Below are positions 56,633-64,000 of a stretch of DNA of 64,000 nucleotides, in pieces. Positions within the stretch are counted from its first letter, which is position 1. The number at the start of each line of letters is the position of its first letter. The notes under the pieces are model-generated. The model was not told where the DNA came from, made no database searches, and saw nothing but the letters and a program-made list of their open reading frames with translations. Origin of the DNA: the human T2T-CHM13v2.0 reference genome, Homo sapiens; NCBI RefSeq assembly GCF_009914755.1, contig NC_060939.1; one strand, 5' to 3'. The translations under genes were made by a program, and so were the position numbers.

Positions 56633-57879
56633 CTAAAATATAAAAAAGGAGACACAGAGTTACATATAACCAAGTCAAGGAGTAAGATTTATTATACAAT
56701 ACAGAACTACCAATATTCATAAGCAAAATGTACACAATGCTTTCTTGGGATTTGAGACTCTTCATTCAGGTTTGGTAACCTCCCCAGATATCTCTAGTTA
56801 TTTCAAGAGATGTTGGAGAATTGTTTCCCAATTTTTAAAAAGGACAGACTAATTTTTCCACATTATACTATTTCTACTACAAGGCAGCTTTTAACATCAG
56901 TGGACTTAAATCTCTGAAGTTTAAAAATGTAAAATTTTTAGCACTTAATAAATTCCATTCTTGTTTTAACATTTCTATTATCTGATTTTTTTTAAACTTA
57001 CCATTGCTGCTGTTTTACTTATGAAGTGCTTCCCATGTCTCTAGAACTGTACTTAGTAAATACAGTTACTGTATGAACATGAGCTTGTTACTTATATCAT
57101 TGATCCTTTCTCCTCATGTGTAAAACAGGTACCATCTACCTTTCACAGGGTTGTTGCAAGGATTAAATGAGAGCTTATATACCCACTCACATCAAGGAAA
57201 TATATATATATGAGAGAATATATAAAAATATATGTACATTCTATACATATATTCCCATATATATCTATATGGAAAGAGAGAGAGAAAGTAGTGATTAGAG
57301 TGTCTGGCAGTGGATGGTACTTACTACTCTCCACTTTGCGATGAAGAAATCAAAACACAAAAGAGATGGTAGATTTGACCAAGTACATATGGCTCTTTAA
57401 ATGTTTAAAATGGGATTTTTGTCTGACTCCGAAGTCCGTACAACATCTGAATTAAAGTACACAACTAATGAAATCACATTATGGGGAGCCTTTAATGCCA
57501 AATGAATTCTGAGTAAAAACAAAAAAATTGTATTTCTACTTCAAAAAGCCTGCAAAAACAACAGTCAACTAAGTGGACCCTGTTCATCCTGCTTTGTTAT
57601 AAGCTGATTCCATGCAAATAGTACATGTAAAGCTTTCTTTTTTCTTCTAAAGATACTCCATTAAAGGAATGAGATTTTTAAAAAGGATGGTCTTTTGTGT
57701 TCTCGTTTCTAGTTTAAGGGGAGAAAGAGAACATAAACATGGGCAGGTGCCTTTTAGAGACAAAATTAAAATCTAAAAACCCCAAGTATCTCTGGTCTAG
57801 TTCAGGTTTGAAAGGGTTAATAACTTGGACACTTTGCCCGTAGCAGGTTCAGGTATACCTATTGCTATTTCGCCTTTAG

Positions 57880-58336
57880 GACCCCTAGATCTTGCCCCCA
57901 AGCATCCAGCTGCTCTATCTCTCTTAGTGCATAGGCTTCCAATGACACTAAGCCCTCCCCTGGCTCCAGAGTGAGCATATGACTCATTCCTGCCCTGGGG
58001 AGCATCACAGGCTTTTGTGATAGATCACAGACCCATGACAGAATCATTCAGACATGCAAAGAGACTCCTGCAGGACGGTAGTCGAGGGGAGAGTTCTCTA
58101 CTGCTTTCTGCTGGAAGGAGATAGGCTGGAGATGCTGGCAGTCATCCTGGCACCTTGTGGAATCTGATACTGGAGTCACCTTAGAGGTGAGCATTTGAAC
58201 TTCTGGATCACAGCCTGAAGACAGAACATGCTCAGTTCCAAGATCCACTAAACTCCACTTGGAGTTTGTTTTTTGTTTAGGCCAATTTGAGTTAGGTTTT
58301 CTGTCACTTGTAGCTGAAAGAGCTCTTGCTGATACA
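57880..58336 (+). mobile_element. Old MLT1 LTR
   Basis: tttgagttaggttttctgtcacttgtagctgaaaga ... ctgataca terminus. Confidence 0.65.
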
Positions 58337-58659
58337 GTGCCCTTTGAAATGCTTATCAGAAGGGGACTACGACTGCTAATAGTCATTGCTTCCTGGGAAT
58401 AATGATGGAAGACAGAAACAGATGGGACCAGGATCCAAACTGCTGAGCAGAGCTAGGAACTGCAAGAGTACACTATTAATTCTTTGAGGGCAAGAACTGG
58501 TTATTGCTATAGCCTTCCTGGTCTGACAAAGATCTCATACACACTAAGTGCTTAGGATGGATGGACAGGTGGATGGAAGGATGGATGGATGGATGAATTA
58601 ACGCAGGTCAGAGGAGTGGGCATGGAAGATGAAGTAATCAGAAATGGGTAGTAAGTTAT

Positions 58660-59094
58660 CTGTCGTGCTGCTTATTCTCCTTTCAAACCCACTCTCCCCT
58701 CCCAATCCATTCCTCCACTCTTCTTGGGCTTATTCTAAACCCTAGGAGGCTGACTTTTTAAGAACGGCATTACCCAGGTCCCCTTGTCCTTGGAATTCCA
58801 GTTGGTTTTCAAACAGCAGCAGAACGACCTTACCATAACCAGTGGCTGCATTCCTCTCTGGTGAGAGTTCCTATCAGGAGTCCCAGATCCAAGGCTCCAG
58901 ATCTTGCCAGTGTTCCCTTGGCCCTTCAGGCCTAGGGGTAATGTCTCCCTGCTATTGCTAGTCTCTGGGTGCTTCAACTTCCCTTGTTGGTTCCCTCAAC
59001 TATGCCCACATTCAGTAAATGTCCCTTTATTAAACTCTCTTCGGCCACATCCTCTGAGAGTGTTATCTGTATTCTGCTGCAATGCTGACAGATA
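58660..59094 (+). mobile_element. LTR33-like ERVL LTR
   Basis: ggaggctgac ... cccttcaggcctaggggt ... ccctttattaaactctct. Confidence 0.7.
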
Positions 59095-59657
59095 CATCTA
59101 TCATACAGAGCACAATGGGCCATCAAGGCCAGGCAAGGGGCCTACAGAGGACTAGACAAGGTGACAGACTCAGAGGCTGTGTGCAGTCAGGGAGTCCACA
59201 GGCAGTGAAGGGCTAGGCTCCCCCTGGCTTCTGTACATACTGCTGCACAAGTGACTCACTATAACTGGTCCACAAGCTTCCTAAAGTCAGGGGCTCCACT
59301 GTCTTCATCTCAATGTCATTAGTAAGCATTTAAGATGTATGTGGACCTTTATGGTCTAGACTACAAGATGACACACAAGATGACAGAGTCAAGAACACCA
59401 GGGATATTCAGACACAGTTAGCAACAAGGTGGGAACCAATCTAAGGACAGGGGCAGATTTGAGTCTTGAGTTTAATACAGCATAGTACTCAGAAGCATGG
59501 GTTCAGGGGCCATACTTTCTGAGTTCACATCCTGGCTTTCCCACTTTCTAACCATTCCCTGTCGGTTTACTTATCAGTAAAGTAAGGATAGTAACAGTTC
59601 CTTCCTCTCCATATATCATAATGAATTAATTCATGTAAAGTATTTAGAACAACATAT

Positions 59658-59902
59658 GGGCTGGGCGCAGTGGCTCATGCCTGTAATCCCAGCACTTTGG
59701 GAGGCCAAGGTCAGGAGTTTGAGACCAGCCTGACCAACATAGCAAAACCTCATTTCTACTAAAAAAAAGAAATACAAAAATTAGCCAGGCGTGGTGGCGC
59801 ATGTCTGTAATTCCAGCTACTCGGGAGCCTGAGGCATGAGAATCACTTGAAGGTGGGAGGCAGAGGTTGCACTGAGCCGAGATCACAACATTGTACTCCA
59901 GG

Positions 59903-59940
<38 letters not shown>
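59658..59940 (+). mobile_element. Alu with internal and 3' deletions ending in (CA)16, inserted in a MIR
   Basis: ACATATGG on both sides; (CA)16 at 59909-59940. Confidence 0.88.
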
Positions 59941-59943
<3 letters not shown>

Positions 59944-60094
59944 GGCACACAAGAAGTACTCAAAGGTGTCAGCAATTATTATCATTAAATTTAATGAAAA
60001 GTAAGAAAGCAACAGGTAAGGGCAGATTCTAATGTATAATCAGCAAATGAGAAGGAAGAAGGTAGAAATTTTCTCCCATAAAATATTGTTTCTC

Positions 60095-60508
<414 letters not shown>

Positions 60509-60893
60509 TCAAAAGGTAATGAAAATCTTAACCTGTTCTTTACAAGCTATGGCTTAGGCCAAATGCATAGGCTCTAAACTCTGTTACCCATGATGAAATA
60601 TGAAATCAGACATGCAAAGCGCCAGGAATAAAAGCATTCCATCTAGAAAAAGGAGTAGCAAATGCCCTGGGGCAGGAAAAAAATCATGTGGCTAAAGTGT
60701 AGGGAGTAATAAGCAAACTTCCAACCAGGCAGGGCCTTGGGTGCCAAGTTAAGGAATTTGGAATTTATTTTAAATGTGATGAGAAGCCACTGGAGAGTGA
60801 AGGCAGGGAGTGACATGATCTGATCACAGTTAAAGATTGCTTCAGCAGCTGGGTGCAGAAAATGGATTAGCAAGAAAGAGGCACCTGCCATAG

Positions 60894-61263
<370 letters not shown>

Positions 61264-61731
61264 TCCTTTGGTATGTTTTATACTTCTGTCTGAACGTAGC
61301 TGGGTCTACTGTTCTGGCAATTTCACTTCATATAAAGCTAAGAAAAGTCATGATCCAATCCAAGGAAGAGCTGGAAAACTCTATAGCTTTCCCACCTACC
61401 CTCTGTTCAACACTTCCTAAGATCCAATTAATGCTGAGACTAGAAAATGTGTCCTTTCAAACTGATGCAGGACTATCCTCTGTTTCTTAGGGATGGATGA
61501 ATGGGAGTGGGGAGGTACACTGATCAAATGCTTTCATTTCAAAAGTCTCCCTTAACCTAGATTGAATAGTGTAACTCAATGAAATATGAATTTACTGTCT
61601 GGTCACTAAGAAACAGTTTATAGAATAAGGAAAGTAACAGCCAAAGGGTGGTCACAAGTTCAATTATGGTGAAATTAGGTAGAACAACTGCCATCAATAA
61701 CTTAAAAACAACGTACTGAAAATGACTCCCC

Positions 61732-62050
61732 AGCCAGGCGTGGTGGCTCATGCCTGTAGTCCCAAAACTTTGGGAGGCCAAGGCAGATGGATTGCTTGAG
61801 CCCAAGAGTTTGAGACCAGCCTAGGTAACATGATGAAACTCCATCTCTACCAAAAAGTATCCCCCAAAACATTTAGCTGGGTGTGGTGGTGCACTCCCAT
61901 AGTTCCAGCTACTTGGGAGGATGAGGCAGGAGAATCGCTTGAGCCTGAGAGGTCAAGGCTGTAGTTAGCCAAGATCTCGCCACTGCGCTCCAGGTCAGGT
62001 GACAGAGCAAGACCCTGTCTCAAAAAAAATTTTTTTTAATAAAATAAAAT
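61732..62050 (+). mobile_element. AluJ
   Basis: Alu dimer; TSD AATGA(C/T)TCCCC. Confidence 0.9.
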
Positions 62051-62489
62051 ACAATGATTCCCCTGTGAAGGGAATTCACAAAGCATCCCTCCAGAAGATA
62101 CCTTAAGAGCAGGCTGCTGAGTAAGGTCAAGAACTCTTCCCATCTTGGGCCAGCATCATCAGTCCACCTACCTAATAGTGAATGCAATTCTCAAAACTTC
62201 TTTTTCTTCCTCTCCATTCCTTAAAAGATATAAGCTCATCCAAAAATGTTTCAGGATACATAATAACATGTACATAGCACTGTGTGGCTTGCAGAATGTT
62301 CTCATATACGCACACAGCTCTCATCTGATTATTAGTTTACAGAAAACAGACTTCAATATTAAATGATTCTCCCAAGATTCACCGCCACATCTGTCTCCTG
62401 TTACATTCTAGATGTTGATGGCAATGAGACCAGACCCCTCCATTGCTATGTGTTCATGAGAAAAAGGCTTTTTTTCTTCCCCACACTGT

Positions 62490-62766
62490 CAGAAAAGTAC
62501 ATGAGATTCTATTTATGGCAAATGTCCAAAAAAGGCAAATCTATAGATTAGAAAGCATATTGGTGGTAGTCTGAGACTGAAGAAGGAAACAAAGAGTGAG
62601 AGGAATGGATGGGCATGGGGATCTTTTCGGGGTGATGAAACTGTTCTACCACTGAATTCCAACAATGGCCTCACAACTCTGTAAATTTACTTAAAGTCAT
62701 CGAATCGTACACTTAAGATGGGTGAATTTTGTGGTGTACAACCTCAATAAAGGTGTTTAAAAAAAT
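62490..62766 (+). mobile_element. L1M (MB/ME) 3' end
   Basis: aggcaaatctataga ... ggggtgatgaaactgttcta ... acctcaataaa. Confidence 0.8.
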
Positions 62767-64000
62767 AATGAGAATCTACAAACACCCCGAATGACTAAAG
62801 GCTACTTTGCCATACCTCTCACTTTTGGTGGCTCTATTTATAGTTATCTTCTCTTTAACTAGCAAGGGTCAGCAATCTCCACCAGCAGCAGGGGTTAAAG
62901 TTATGAACACTAAAGATTTACATGCACCTGAGTTTCTAAATCACAATGTTTATTCCCCCAAAAATGACAATCATTTCACCTTTTCTCAGCAAGGTAACTT
63001 TCGTTAGCGGAAATGTTAAGCAACAACTTGGCTTAGCAGCTAATTGGCAGAGGAAGAGAAAATCCTGGGAATAAAACTGGCTAGGAAGTAACTGAGGGTA
63101 CTGCGGGGTGAGGTGGCCTCTGGAGAGGGAAAAAGACAGGCAAGCTGCCTGGAGGAAGCAAAGAGAAAAAAGAAAAAGTTTATGCAAATCATAGGTCCAC
63201 CTGGCTGCCTCCTTTCCACTTTCAGTTTCTATATGGCTCTCTGGAGGTTTCTCCAGGGTTTCTGCACAAAAATTCACGGTGGCAGCCTAGAGCTGGTCAA
63301 TTTCCTCCAGAGGCTTGACTCTAACTGAGAGGAGCCAGGATCACTGAAAAAGCAATAGCTAAATCTAGAATACAGGGTTAGGGAAGGAATCTTAATGTCT
63401 CAGTGGAGATAAACACACCCAGGGGAATGCCAGGCCAAGCAAGTTTACGTCTGAGGTTTGAACTATATTTAACGGTTACTCAACCCACCCCAAGTAGTTT
63501 CAGTTTCCCAGACCCACTTCCTCAAATGCCTCTTCCTCTGGTAGAGCTGCTCAAGCCTAAACTTATATGTCATTCCATGTAAAGACCCACTGCTGGTGGA
63601 GGGGAGGAGATGAACACTGAGCACCAGCAAGGGCAGCAGTCTTTTACAGATTTGAGAATGAGCCTCAAACCAAATCTTGCAGTTCAAGTCTTCAGCAGGC
63701 CACACCTCTTCACTCAGCCCCTGCCCTGGATCCTGACTTCCAGGGTCCGCTCAGCTCCATGGCTAGCTACTTCATACCAGTCAAGCTTTCCTGTGGCTGA
63801 AGTCCACATGTATGCGGAGAACTCACAACATGCCAGGCTCCAGGCTAGCCACAGAAGATACAAACATCAATGAAACAAATTCTCTGGCTTCTCAAGTAGC
63901 TAGAAACTACTAGAAAGCAGTAGCTGAAAAACTCACCATGAATAAAAAGAGAACAACATGTATTACCTTCTAGCCCCAGCATCTAGCCCAAGGCCTCAAA

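Overview
This is human (primate) genomic DNA, not prokaryotic. It holds the complete 12-exon SCG3 (secretogranin III) gene on the + strand: ATG at 13213, TAA ending at 51017, and coding exons that sum to 1407 nt (468 aa) with GT-AG introns in consistent phase. The last two coding exons and 3'UTR of LYSMD2 lie convergently on the - strand (CDS 56632-56301 and 55144-55102); its first exon is outside the window. The rest is intronic or intergenic DNA rich in Alu, L1, L2, MIR, ERV LTRs, DNA-transposon relics and microsatellites. Nearly all other ORFs in the track are repeat-derived or chance. I found no new protein-coding system. Most notable observations: (1) an inverted Alu in intron 11 that carries, inside its own target-site duplication (TSD), 46 nt of the unique 5' flank of another Alu 7.3 kb away in intron 10; (2) a split, 8-nt-spacer REST/RE1 site at the SCG3 5' end; (3) a solo LTR12 that could provide a distal SCG3 poly(A) site and a promoter pointing antisense into LYSMD2; (4) a duplicated 62-nt Alu fragment with a shared private deletion; (5) unusual splice acceptors at SCG3 exons 7 and 10. 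Repeat subfamily calls and boundaries were made by eye and are approximate.
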